Source: Piromyces finnis finn
Lineage: Eukaryota > Fungi > Neocallimastigomycota
NCBI GenBank assembly: GCA_002104945.1
Contig: MCFH01000008.1
Coordinates: 124,001 to 188,000, forward strand
Direction: 5' to 3'
DNA: 64,000 nt
Part shown: positions 13,319 through 27,066 of the stretch, in pieces
Layout: every line of letters begins with the position of its first letter
Numbering within the stretch: position 1 is the first letter of the stretch
Made by a program: the position numbers and the translations under genes
The notes under the pieces: model-generated
Told to the model about the DNA's origin: nothing
What the model saw: only the letters and a program-made list of their open reading frames with translations
Database searches by the model: none

Positions 13319-15894
13319 TTAGTTTAATTTTCTTTTTTTTGAATCATTTTCTAATTCTTCTTTTTCGGTATTTTTTTCTTTATCATCCTTTTCACTTAAT
13401 AAATATTTAATTAAAGCAGCTACAACCTTACAATTTAGGGAATTACCAAGTAATCTATATTGTTGTTTTAAAGAGGAATCTTCTGGGAATACCATAGTTT
13501 CTGGGAATCCCATCAAACGAGCAATTTCCCTTGAAGAGAAATATCTTAAGTTTAATTTATTTAATGGGTTATCAAGTTTCTTACATTCTTCTTCTTTTTG
13601 CTTTTCATCTAATTCTTCTTTTTTTAAAATTTCATTTCTTTTTTCCTTATATAATTTATATTCTTCTAATGTTTCTTTTGTCTTTAATAATACAAAATTA
13701 GATATTTATTGTTATTATTCTATTCTGTTATATTAATAATATTATATTAATTAATGAATATATCTTACATCAACATCTTCATTGCATTGAAGAATTGAAC
13801 CTAAATAAAATTTATATATGTAAAGATTTTATTGTAAATATTTAAAAATTTTTAATTATAAAAAAGATTATCAACATAATAATATTAATATAAATATATA
13901 TACCAGCTCCCTAATGATTGTTAAATAATATATTTTGATTAATATTATATATTTTAATTATTTTTTTTTTTTTTTTAAAATTAATATTTATTATATGCTT
14001 ACTTCAATAAAATGATAGTATCCTTTTGTAAAACAACATGATCTTTTTTGTGAAGGTTTTACAATATCTATATCAAATTTACAATAATTTTTATATTAAT
14101 TTGAATACAATATAATATAAATGGCATGGATTATGAAATTTGTATTCAATCCTAATTTTTATTGTTTCTTTTTTACATACCATATAATAATCCATAACGT
14201 GATAGTGATTTTTCGGTTAATTTATATTTATTTTCATCAATGTTTTCTTCCAAAAATTCTTTTAATTGTTTAACAACAACATTTTTTAATTCTTCATCTT
14301 CAACAATACCAACAGAAGTTTTATCTTGGTTGTCTTCCCAATATTTGGTGAATTCATTACCTGGAATATAATTTAAAATTTTATCCTTTGGAATGTCATA
14401 TTTGAATTTTAAGGATTTTAATTTTGCCTTTTGATTTTTGATATTACATAAGGAATGAATATATAATATATTGAAAATATTTATATAAATGTATATAATA
14501 AATTAGAAATGTTATTATTTGAGTTTAAATTGATTTTGATTTAGAATTAATAAATTATTTACAAGACAATAGTATCTAATTCTGGAATTTGGAATCTCAA
14601 ATTGTAATGGTGATAATAAAAATTCTTGGCAGTCGTACATATCTTTTAAAGCTTCCATCATCATGTTTCTTTATTTTAAAAAAACATTAATATATTCAAA
14701 TTTTGCATAATTAATATACAAATTAATATTAAAATTAAACTATAGAGATTCAAATTAAACCTTGTATCAGAAATTTCAAATCCTTTTACATTTTCAATTA
14801 AGATATATTTTGGTGGCTTTTCTAATTTTGGAATACTGTTTAATAAAAATAAAAAACTCTTTGAACGTTCATCATTTGAACCTTTTTGTAATCCTTGTCT
14901 AGTGTACTATTGCAATTTTTATATATTAAAAGTCATTATTAATGTCTAGTTAATCATAAAATTTTTTTTCTTATATAATTTATATGTTTGTTTTTACTGG
15001 TTGACAAGGTGGGCTAATAATATTTAATAATAATAATAATAATAATAATAATATATTAATTTTATATGTTTAAGTAAATTAAGATTAAACAAATTTCTTA
15101 AAATTTAAAATTACCTTGCTAACCACATATCCGCTCTATAAGTTGAATCTAGATAATTATATATATATGTTTTTTTTATTCAATTAAATTTAGATTTATA
15201 ATTTTAATATATATGATTTATTAGATATTTACATTTGGAAACTGGGATGGATTCAATGAGTTTCTTTAATACATAATTTATTATATATATATATATTTTA
15301 GTAAATTACAACTTATTTATTATACTATTTAAATATTAGAATTAAAATATAAATATTTCTTTTATATTTACTTGTACTGGTCTTCTATTGAAATTGTGGA
15401 AATACACTTTATTGGCTATTGTTATAATAATTAGAAAAAAATTATATAATTTATACATTAATATTTTTGAGTTTTTTTTTTATAATTTGAAAGTATTTCG
15501 TAAAATTTCATTATTATAAAACTTAATTTTAATAGTAACCTTGATTATTAATATCAAAACTTGCAACAACTTTTGGTTTGAAATCTGAATCTTTGCATGC
15601 ATCAATTAGAGAATAATGCTTAAAAATTAAATATAAAATGGAAATAAATTTAAAATTTAAATTAAAAATACATTTTTGCGAAAAACAATATATTTATTGG
15701 GTATTATTGATATTCTATTTTTGTTATTTTTCAATTTAAAAGTAGCCTATCATGCTATTTTACTCTTCATTTCATTAAAAAATTTCATGAAATTTGAATT
15801 TCAGAATTTTAAATGATTTTTAAAAATTAAAATTTTCATTTACCATGCCTCCAATACCAGAATAAAATTCAAGAACATTTAAATCTTTACTCAT
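13319..15894 (-). CDS. TRDMT1: DNMT2/TRDMT1 tRNA (cytosine-38-C5) methyltransferase, multi-exon
   Basis: Spliced motifs: MSKDLNVLEFYSGIGGM (motif I), DMWLASPPCQPYTRQG (motif IV), YILIENVKGFE (motif VI), QFEIPNSRIRYY (motif VIII), SCCFTKGYYHFIEGAGSIL (DNMT2-diagnostic CFTxxY), RYFSSREIARLMGFP...QYRLLGNSLN (motifs IX/X). Confidence 0.95.
13904..13910 (-). other. 7-nt micro-exon (GGAGCTG) of TRDMT1
   Basis: Flanked by ...cattag and gtatat...; required in phase to give the conserved EGAGSIL (cf. DNMT2 EGTGS). Confidence 0.85.
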
Positions 15895-16938
15895 ACTGTT
15901 TTACTAATAATAATTACTTATTTTTGCCAATTATATTTTTTTTAATTAATGCTCTCTAATTCTTATTCTTACTAAAGAAATTGTTTTTTTTTTTTTTTTT
16001 GTAAAGAAGTAATAATATAAAATTAAAAAATTTTAATAGATTTGGTTATATTAATTTTACACAAAACTTTATTAATATATATTTTTATTGTTTTTTATGT
16101 AAATTAAATAATATATGAATTGTATATATTATTAATAAATTGTAAATAAATAGGAATAAAATAACTAAAAATGTGGAATAATTTTTAAAATAATTCATTT
16201 AAAATTGTAACATTAATGTAAAACCTATCTTATTAGAATGTATACAATATATAAATATGATTGGATTATAGTATATACAATATATTATAATGATAATTGA
16301 TTTGTTGGTAATCTACTTTTTTATTATTGGATAAGTAACCGTTTTATATATAAGATTTTATATCCAAATTAACAAATTAAGAGGCATAATATATTTTATA
16401 ATATTTTTAAAAATAATATGAAATAATTAATATAATATATTAACAATTAATTATTAATATATGCTAAATATAAATATCGAAATCTGAATTAAATATTTTT
16501 TTTTTTTTTTTAAATTTTAATAATTAATATAAAAATTAAGAAAAAAGTTTAAAATTAAATCTTTAAAAAAAAAATTTTTTTTTGTGTGTTTGAATATTAT
16601 TATTTGTGAGATTGAATTTCAATCTATGATTGAAAGATACACACAAAAATATCGGATTAAAAAAACACAATAATAATAAAACAACAACAATAATAATATT
16701 CAGATAATTCATAAATATTCATATATAGTTTTATAAAAATAAAAATAAAAACTGAATTTTTTTAAAAAAAAATACAATTTAATTGTCCAATCTAAATTTT
16801 AAAATTAATAAAATATACACAATATTTAATTTATTATACTTTTTTTTTCTTGTGAAATATTTATTTTAATTTTATTATATTTATTTATTTTAGTTTAATT
16901 TAATTTATTCAATTTAAAAAAAAAATCCTCTATTAAAA

Positions 16939-18439
16939 ATGATTGAAAATTCAATAAAGAGTCAATTTATAATTGATAAAACAATAACTGATAAAACTAT
17001 GATAAAAGAGACTTTTTTATCAACAACACAAGATGCATTCAATGAAGCTTTAAAAGTAAATAATGATAAAAAAAAAAGAAAATACAATTATAATAGAAAT
17101 TTAATTAATTATTAATGTATTTTTCCTTTTTTTTTTTTTTATGAATATAATTATTTAAATATATAAAATTTATAATTCATCCAACAATCAATATTTATAG
17201 GGAAATAAATCAAAATTATTTTCCATTATTGATGAAATTAGTTCTCTTGAAAATAGTGATGAAGATTCAAAAGAACAATTAATAATATGGATGGAAACTT
17301 TTTCAAAAATTGTTTCAAATTTTACTCAAGAATTTCAAGATTTAGTAGGGATTATTTTAGATATAAATTGGGTTACAAGATCTTCAGATTTTGCAATAGT
17401 TTATAGTCAATTTTTAGAAAATTTAGTTAGTGCCCATGCTTTTTATATGTTTCCAGTTGCCGAAAGATTAATAAATCTTTTATGCTGGAGTAAGTTTAAT
17501 TAATATTATCTAAATTATTAAATTATATAATAGATAAACTTAAAAAAAAAAAAAACATAGTTTTATTTTATAATATACTTTATTATGGTATATAAATAAA
17601 ATAAATATGTTTTTTTTATATATATTTTTATTTAATATAGTGCTTAATATTAAAAATATAAGAAGCAATATATTGAATAAAAGTGTGGGTAGAGGGATTT
17701 TAAAATGGATTTGATGGATTTTGAATTAAAATTTATAAAAAAATTAATTGTTAAAAGTTGTTACTTTCAAACAACAAGAAACTTAATTTTTTTTATAAAA
17801 AAGAAGGGTTGAATGTGAATAGTTGTTAAATATGTATAAAATAAGAGAAAAAGAAAGCGAAAGCTTAATTTTCTTTTATGTAATAATATTCTTTTTTTTT
17901 CTTTTTCAATTTTTATGAGAAATTTAAAAAATATATTTGGTATTTCTTAGAAAAGTTAAAAAGAAAAAAGAATGAAAGAATCAAAGTATTTTTTCATTAT
18001 TATCTAAGAAATATTTAATATATATTTACATTTCTGAAAAAAATAGTTTTAAAAGATATAAAAAAAGAATATATTTGTGTATGATTATGGATTGAGTTTT
18101 AACTTGATTCATTTTCCGTTTTTGTGTAGAAAAATTTTATTAAAGAAAATATAAAACATAATTAATAAAAAAAAAAAAAAAAAAAAGAAAAATTAAAACA
18201 AACATCATAGTGGTGCTCTATTGAAACTAATAAAAATAACATGATAATCATACTATTGTAGTAATTAAATCTAAATTATGAATTTTATTAACGTATTGCT
18301 CACAAACTACATGATAAGAAAATTATCAAACTATTTTCTTTTTATGTTTTTTCCTTTTTTTTTTTATTTTCTATTTTTTTTTTTTTATTCTACAAATGCT
18401 TTCGTATAATATTTTTATCGTGAAATAGAATATTATATG

Positions 18440-18471
<32 letters not shown>

Positions 18472-19840
18472 AATTTTATTAATTATGCATTTTATATTTT
18501 ACATATTTAATGACTTTTTTTAATTATTAGAAAAAAAATTATAATTAAATTTAATTAATAATATACTAAAGTTTTATTTCTTTATCTTTATATATTTTCT
18601 TTTCTTTTTTTCTTTTTCTTTATCTTCTTTTTGTTATGTATAATATTTTTTTTAAAAAAAAAAATAGAAAAACCATTTGAAAATGACAGAGCAAAATTAG
18701 TTTCTGATCCATCTGTAACCCCTAAGATGGCTTGTGACAGAGTACATACTGTTTTAAAAAGAATAATATCTCTTATTCCATCAGGACCATCTTTTTTGAT
18801 AACACCTATTGCTGAAGCTTTTCCAGATAAATTCCAAGACATTAAATATCAATTATGGTATTTAAAAAATATTTTAAAAATGATAGACTATATAAAAGTA
18901 TTAAAAGAACCAATATTATCATTAATTGTTGAAAAAATTATAAAAATTGATGTAAGTAGGTTATTGAAAAATTAACATTTTGCAGATAAAAAATGATATT
19001 CATAAAGTTAAAATATTTTTAATAATATAATAATTTAATTAGGTTGAAATTCAAGTAGAAATTGAAGATATGGATGACCAAGATATTACTGATTTACAAA
19101 ATCTCGTATTTAAAATGGAAAAGAATGATATTGATGAAACTGATTTAGAAAATAAGGCATCTGAAGAAAATAATTCCCAAAATATTTTTGAAATAGATGA
19201 TTTAGATAATAATGATGATGGATTTTTATTTGATGAATTAACTGAAGAAGATAGTAATGTCAAAGGAATGGTAGAAAAATTAGATGGTATGCTTAATATT
19301 TTATTTGAATATATTTCCAAATTATCAAATGATGAAAGAGATGAAATGTTTGAAATCTTAATGGAAATCTTCCAAAAAACTATTCTTCCAACTCATAATT
19401 CTCGTTACACTCAATTTCTTATCTTTTATTTATGTTCTTATTCACCTGTATATGTAAATAATTTTGTTTGTCTTTTGGCTCAAAAGGTTATTACTGCTTC
19501 AGTTCCTAGCGTAATTCAAGTTGCTTCTTCTGCTTATATATCTAGTTTTGTTGCTAGAGCAAAGTATATGGAAGTTGGTCCAGTTAAAACCATACTACAA
19601 CTTTTAACAAAGTTTGCATTAAATTATGTTGAAATGAATGAACATCGTGTTGGTTCTGTTCTTAACCCAAAGCAATATTTAGTATTTTATAGTATAGTAG
19701 AAGCTATCATTTTAATCTTTTTATACCGTTGGAGATCTTTAATGGAAAATGATGGTAATGGAATTACTTATGGTCAATTACCACCAGAATTAAAGGGACT
19801 AGATCGTATCATTCAATCAAGGTTTAATCCTTTAGTGGTG

Positions 19841-19873
<33 letters not shown>

Positions 19874-20418
19874 CCTGAATATTTTATTAATGAATAATAA
19901 ATTAATTTTAATAGGTTTGTAACCGAGGATTAGTAGAAGAATTTGCTAAATTAACTCATAGTTTAGAAATAATGTACTGTTATTCAATCTTTGAAAACAA
20001 GAATTATTCATTTATTAAAAAGGCAAAAGGTAAATCCAATAAAAAACCAAAGATTAAAATGCATGATATAAAAGGAAGTGATGAAGAAGAAGATGAAGAA
20101 GAATTTGAGGATGACGAAGATGAAGAGAATGATGATTATGATGATGATGAGGATGACGATGATGACGATGAAGAAGAAGAAAGTGATGAAGATGATGAAG
20201 ATGAAAATGAATTACCAGAAACCCTTTTACCATTTGAACCCTATCTTTTAAAGAATTCATGTCACTTTATTGAACCTATTTATCAAAATTGGACACCTAT
20301 CACGTCAGAAGAAGATGATAGTGATGTTGAAAGTGACGTTACTGATAATATTCTTGCAATGTCTATTTCTCCAATGGCACCACCAGCATTTAATTGGATT
20401 AATAATTATCCTGCCTAA
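16939..20418 (+). CDS. RRN3: RNA polymerase I transcription initiation factor RRN3 (TIF-IA), multi-exon
   Basis: Spliced protein has FLENLVSAHAFY, HTVLKRIISLIPSG, LIVEKIIKID/VEIQ, KLDGMLNILFEY, ILPTHNSRYTQFLIFYLCS, AYISSFVARAKY, RFNPLV/VC and, after an acidic tract, PFEPYLLKNSCHFIEPIYQNW. Confidence 0.92.
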
Positions 20419-21142
20419 ATATAAACGTTAAAGAAATTATTAATCAAAGATATTTCGGGGAGAAGAATGAAAAACAAAACAATACTTTATTTTTTTTATT
20501 ATGGGATTAAAGTTTTTTTTTTTATATATATACTATTATTTTTATAAAAGAATACTATTATCGTTTTAATTTTATTATTTTTTTTTCCAATTATTATTAC
20601 AAAATAGAATTTATAAAAATATATCATTATCCATTGAGACATATTTTTCTTTCAGTATTATTGGATAAATAAGGAATGATACTTTTATGATACATTAATA
20701 TTTAATCAACAAAAAAAAAAAAAAAAAAAAAAATAGAAGCATTATACTATTATATAATAATTTGTAAAATAAAACAATAGACCATTTAAATAATATTTCA
20801 ATAAATATTATTATTTATTAAAATACTATTTAACATTTTTTTTTTTTTTTTCCTTAACGTTTTATTTTATTATATACCATTCTAATAAAAAAAATACAAA
20901 CATATTTTTAATAGGTATTAAGTTTATTTTTTTTTTTTTATTTGCTTTATTTTTATATTACATATATATTACACATATTTTATAATAAAATTAGGTTGAT
21001 TTTTTTTTTTTTTTTTTTTTTTTGATAGAAGTAGATTGTTTTTATGTATTGTTATATGGATGATGGTTGAGTGATTTCAAATAAATAAATAAATATTCTA
21101 TCTATATATATTTTTAGTTTGTATAATTAGTTATTTTTTTAT

Positions 21143-22123
21143 TTAGTAATAAAATACACCAAAGGCGACAGCAACACAAAATAAGGTTTCCTATTTTAAA
21201 TATTAAATAAATAAATATTAAATAAATAACCTTTGTAACTCTATAATTTAATAAATAAATAATTAAATAAAATAAATACATTGGTATATATATCCTGTGC
21301 TACATTATCAGTATCAGAATCCCACAAACAACGACATGCCATTCTTTTTTTTTTTTTTTTTTTTTTTCAAATTAATATTATAAAATATTATTTTATAGTA
21401 AAATTATTAATTCGATTTATCTATAAAATAGGTATAATATAAACCTTATTTAATAATCTATTTAAAATTTACCTAGCACCTTCACCTCTCATTTCACCCA
21501 ATACTACATTAACGACGTATTTATATCTTGGTAAATCTAATTCTATATATATATTTAAAAGTTATAAATAATTATACAATAATGAATAATATATTTATTA
21601 AAATTTAAGAATGACATTTAACGATTGATAATTTTTTATATCATTAACATTTATTGATAAATCATTATGAAATTTTTAAATTTAAATTGATAAACCTATT
21701 CTAATGAATGTTATTATATATAAAATTTTAATAGTATTAACCTTTTAATTTATTTTTAATTTCATCTGCTATTTCTTTTGTAAATGTTGAACAAGTTTCT
21801 GGTGAGTAGACTTGTCCGTTTAATTTTTCAACAAGAATATCATGAATAATTTTTTGAACTACTGTTGGACGAAATCTTTATGATTTTTAATAGCATTTAA
21901 TAATAAAAAATATAAAATTATTTTAATATATAAACAATTTATAATTCATTCTTTTATATTTTAATTAATAATTAATTGTAAATACATATATATTCGAAAT
22001 TATTAAATAAAAAATTCAATTTATATTCCGTATTATTAATTCCTACTTTTGTTGAAAATTTGGTCTAATAGTGTAATTTTCATCATTGACATTTTCTGAT
22101 ATAGAGTTATATGGTTCAGCCAT
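21143..22123 (-). CDS. TCTEX1D2: Tctex-type dynein light chain TCTEX1D2/DYNLT2B (IFT dynein-2), 5 exons
   Basis: Spliced: MAEPYNSISENVNDENYTIRPNFQQK/FRPTVVQKIIHDILVEKLNGQVYSPETCSTFTKEIADEIKNKLK/ELDLPRYKYVVNVVLGEMRGEGAR/MACRCLWDSDTDNVAQDIYTN/ETLFCVAVAFGVFYY*. The RPxFQQxFRP, GExRGEG and C-terminal FGxFYY elements match TCTEX1D2. Confidence 0.92.
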
Positions 22124-22799
22124 GACTGTTATATGTTTTTTTTTTTTATTTATTTATTATATAAAGTATTAATATATTGCAATTAAATGATTATTCCCTG
22201 AATTTTTGTAAAATAATTAAAATGTAATCTTGATGAATTTCAAAATTTGAGAAAATAAAAAAGTATATTTTATGTAATAATAATTTACTTTTTAAATAAA
22301 ACTTTAATATTTTAATTAAATATAAATTTTTATATATCTTTATTAAATTAATTATTGTTTATTGCTATTTATTGTTAGTTTTGCTTGCTTGCTTGTTTGC
22401 TTGCTTTCATATGCTAAAAATTAATTAATTTTTTATGTATAAATGAAATAATTTAATTAAAAAATATTCAGTTTTTACATAAATTTTAATTTATAAAAAA
22501 AAAGAGTGAATGGGTGGATATTTAAATTTTCAAAAAAAAAAAAAAAAGACTTCAACCAAAATTGAAAAATAAAAAGGTAAATCAAAATTAAAAAAAAAAA
22601 AAACTAGAAGAAATTAAACTTTTCTACTTAGTTATTTTAATAGAAAACTGAATATATCAATCATTTTTAAAAATATTATTATGAATATTGAATAAAACAA
22701 AGCAATTTTTTATTATATAAGAATAACTATTTTAATATTTTAAACATTTTTAATTATTTCTTAAAACTTAATAAGGAGTTTATTTATCTATATACAATG

Positions 22800-24430
22800 G
22801 TTTAATATTATAACTATAGTCATGATACATTCATGGTATTATTCGATTTTTTAAAAAATTTTGGTTTTAATTTTCAGTAAAATGGTAAATGATTTTTAAA
22901 TTAAAAATCTCTATTACCAAGCCATTATAATCCATTTATATTTCTTACGCTAAAGATGCCAACTTCATTTTTCCATTTATATTTCTTACGCTAAAGATAC
23001 CAACTTCATTTTTCTTCTAAACTCTGAACGAATAAAAAATTAATAAAATCAAGTGATATTTCAACTTTACATTTTAAAAGTATTTCAATATTTCTTCTTT
23101 TATAACATAAAAATATATATTAATAGAGGGGGAAATAATAATATAAAATACTAGTTGTAAATGCTGGTATTGTTTCAGTATCACAAAGCAATCAATCCAT
23201 ATTATAAAAATAAAATGAATAGTACATCTAATAAAACAATTACTCTATTTCATACTAACCAATTCTAATAATACAGAAAATATACATTAACAGTAATTCA
23301 AGTTAAAAAGTCTTTCAATAAAATGTTTTATTAATAAATGACTATTTAAGTTTTTTATTATTCTTTTAATTATATTCCAATTTCAATGATTTCCTCCATA
23401 TCATTTGATAATAAAATATAATAGGAAATAACTTGTAATAACTTTTCCTTTTTTATTCTATTCACAAAAATAATTGTTTATTTTTGTGGTGACTTTATTA
23501 AATATTGAATAGAACATTCTATTTTTAAATATTATGTATTTATTCCTATTCTTTTTATTTATTTAACTACTTAACTATTTGTTTATTTAATTATTTAACT
23601 ATAGATTTATTTATTTAATTATTATTTATTCATTTATATTTAATTTTTATATCATTTTTATTTCAATATAATAATCTTAAATATTATAAATTTTAATATT
23701 TATTAGAGATTATAATATAATATATAATAAAAATAATAAAATTTTCACCCAATCGAATGCCTGTATCTGACGAAATATTTAAGCCACTAATTGATTATTC
23801 GCTAAATTATATATTTATTAATTATAATAATAAATAAAATTTTATTATACACAGCAACATCAAAACAAACCATGATGAATATTGTGTCTGCCTGATACCT
23901 ACCACAAATAAAGGCTATGATGTTTTAGTTTTTATTTTCAGCAATTCTTTTTTTCTGGTTTAATTATATTTATTGTTTTTCGTTCTTTTCTATTCATGAA
24001 TCATCATTGATTCCTTGTTATTCTTATCCGTAATAAAAATGACTTGTTAATATTAATAGAGTAGTCCTTTAATATAGGCCATTCCATTGAATTAAATATT
24101 ATTTCCATTATCTATTATATTTATTATTTTATTCATTATTCCACTATGTTATATAAAAATTAATGTTGTACATAAATACATTATATATTGAATATCATTG
24201 GATCTTATCCAATACATTACATTTTTTATTTATCTTTTTTCTTATTCTAATGAGGATGATGATTTTAAAATAATACTTTATCAAAAATGATATAATTTTT
24301 TAATTGAATCAAATACGTCAGCCAATTGAATTTCAGATTAATAATATTTATTATCCAAATCACCATATATTAAACTATATTAATAATATATTTGAATAAA
24401 GTATTACCAAATGTCTCTGTCGTTGCTCTA
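22800..24430. pseudogene. Possible decayed coding relic of unknown origin
   Basis: Higher G+C and more codon-like texture than flanking intergenic DNA. Minus-strand frames are broken by many stops and contain the 41-bp duplication. No family recognised. Confidence 0.25.
22932..23013. repeat. Direct tandem duplication, 2 x 41 bp
   Basis: ccatttatatttcttacgctaaagat(g/a)ccaacttcattttt at 22932-22972 and 22973-23013, one mismatch, no spacer. Confidence 0.95.
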
Positions 24431-24654
24431 TATAAATATTATTATTTAAAAGAAATATATAAAGATTAAGCATATTATATAATAATATTTAATTAATAGT
24501 TCTGGTTATTATAAACTATTATATTATATATTGGATTAATTAATTATTAATCATTTTTATTCAAATAAAATTTTTTCTTTTTTTTTTTTTTTTTTTTACT
24601 TAAATAATTTAAAGTAAATTTTATCTTTAAAAAATTTAATAAAATTAATTAAAA

Positions 24655-25888
24655 ATGGCCAATTTATTACGTGAAAGATCTTTATTAGCTTTAATTGGTG
24701 ATGAAGTAAATAATCATAACAGTAGAAAACATCGAGAATTAAAAATTTATTGACATTTTGAAAACAATAAAGAAATCATTCAATCAAAATTTTAAAAGAC
24801 AAAAAAAATTAGTAATAATAATTGATGATGAGATGTCGAAAAGATATTATATAAAAAAAAAATAATAGAAATAAACATATATTATAAAATCAGGAAAATA
24901 TCGAATATTTACTGCAAAAGTTTGAGAATATGATTAAAAAAGATAATTAATTTTGCTGGAAGTATATTTAAACACGAAACACTTTTTGAATATCATTAAT
25001 AAAAAAAAAAAGAAAGAAAATAACTGTTTGAAAGATGATTAAAATATATATGCATATTATTGAATTATGAATTATAAATTTTTAAAAAGTAATCTGTATA
25101 ACTATTATCACTATTTACAAAAATAAAAAAAAAAAACTTCGAAATAAATAAAGTTAACAATAATCAAAATTTTAAATCATTATTATAATTATTATAAAAG
25201 TTAATTTTTAATACAGAAATAAAACAAAATAATAATTCAATAATATAATAATATAATAAATTTTATAAACTAGGACACCATCACTGGTTTATTATTAGCT
25301 GGTATTGGTCACATTGATAACAAGCAAAAGTCTAACTTCTTAATTGTTGATAGCAGTAAGTACTATTTACTCTAATTCATAGATAAAAATCCATTGATTG
25401 TAAAATATAAACTATATATTAAATATAAATTAAATATTAAATTTTAAACAGAGACTCCATTATCTACCATTGAAGAAACTTTCATTGAATTCACTCGCAG
25501 AAAGGATATTGCTATTATTCTCATCAACCAACATGTAAATATTGGAATAGAATAATATGTTTTAAAATATTTAATATTGGTATTATAATTAATTAATTAT
25601 TGGATATTAAATAAAATTTATTTAAAAAAAATTAAAGGTTGCTGATATGATCCGTCAATTAGTTGATGACTATGACCAAGCTTTCCCATCTGTTCTTGAA
25701 ATCCCATCTAAGGATCACCCATACGATCCAGCTAAGGATTCCGTTTTAAAGAGTAATATTTTATAAAAAAAATTTATGATTTCTATATTGTATATTATTT
25801 TAATTATATTAAATAATTCTTTTTATGTATAAATTTTATTATGAATTTAAATTAAACAGGAGTTCAAAGACTTACTGGTGATAACTAA
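24655..25888 (+). CDS. VMA7: V-type ATPase subunit F, 5 exons
   Basis: Spliced: [119 protein letters not shown]. Confidence 0.97.
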
Positions 25889-26521
25889 GCTAATTAAACA
25901 ATATAAACTAATAATAATATCTACTAATAATTAAATAATATTAATTAATAATAATAAATAAGAAGAGTTAAACAAACAAAAAAGAATCATAGTAAAAAAA
26001 AATACTCACAAAACAATTATAAAATTATCATAATACTATAATAACAATTTTATATATATAATACAGCAAAAGTAGTATATATTTAAATAATAAATCAATA
26101 ATAAAATAAAACAATAAAAGCAAATTCTAAAAAAAAAATAAAATAAATAAAATAAAAATAAACAATATTAATATATTTTTTATTATAGAAACTTAAATAT
26201 AATGGTATTTTAAAAAATAATTAAATAATAGACGCATTTTAGAATATTCCATTAAAAAGTATATGTATTATTATGTTAATTCATTTATTAAATGCATATT
26301 ATTAAAACCTCTATATAAAGTGATAATTTTTTTTATTAACATAAAAACACATTGAATTCATTTCATGCTTAATAATATTTTTTGGATACAATAATTGATA
26401 TTAAATTTTGTAAAGCACATAAAGAAAAAAAATGGTTTATCGAATTTTTTTTTTCTTTTTTTTTTTTTTTTTAATTGTATGAAATAAAATGGGTATAGGT
26501 ACACTTTTTATATTTTAATAT

Positions 26522-27035
26522 TTACAATATTTTTGAGATTTCATCAACGGCATTTAACCAATTTCTTTCTGTACATTTTATAATGGCATACTTTTATTGA
26601 TCATAGTAATTTAATAAAAATGTTGAAATATTTGTAAATATGAATCATTTTAAATAGAAGGATAAGTATAGGATTGTTGAAAATATAAAAGAAGCATAAA
26701 GATTTTTATTTTATTTTTTTTTTTTTTTTTGTAACCTACCTTCCAAGTAATTTTTTCATTATAAAATATTTCATGTGGTATTTTTAAACCAAATTTAACT
26801 TCTAATAAATTATGATTATCTATAAAATAGTAATAATATATAAAGGAAAAAAAAAATAAGAATAAAAAAAAAAGTGTTTTATTATGAAATATAGAGTGAA
26901 ATATTTGATTTTAAAAAAAGTAATTACGTCTTTGATAAGCTTTTTTATAATCTAGAATTAATTCTTTTTTTTTTTTTTTTTTTATTTGTATTGTTATTAT
27001 TGTAATAATTTGAATAAATCAAAAAATAAAAAAAA

Positions 27036-27066
<31 letters not shown>

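Noticed and set aside
22932-23013. 41-bp repeats as a CRISPR array
   Set aside because: Only two adjacent copies, no spacers, no cas genes, and a eukaryotic context.
22800-24430. Alternative genetic code (TGA=Trp or TAA/TAG=Gln)
   Set aside because: All 14 real genes read in the standard code once introns are removed and end in TAA. Stops here are better explained by decay.
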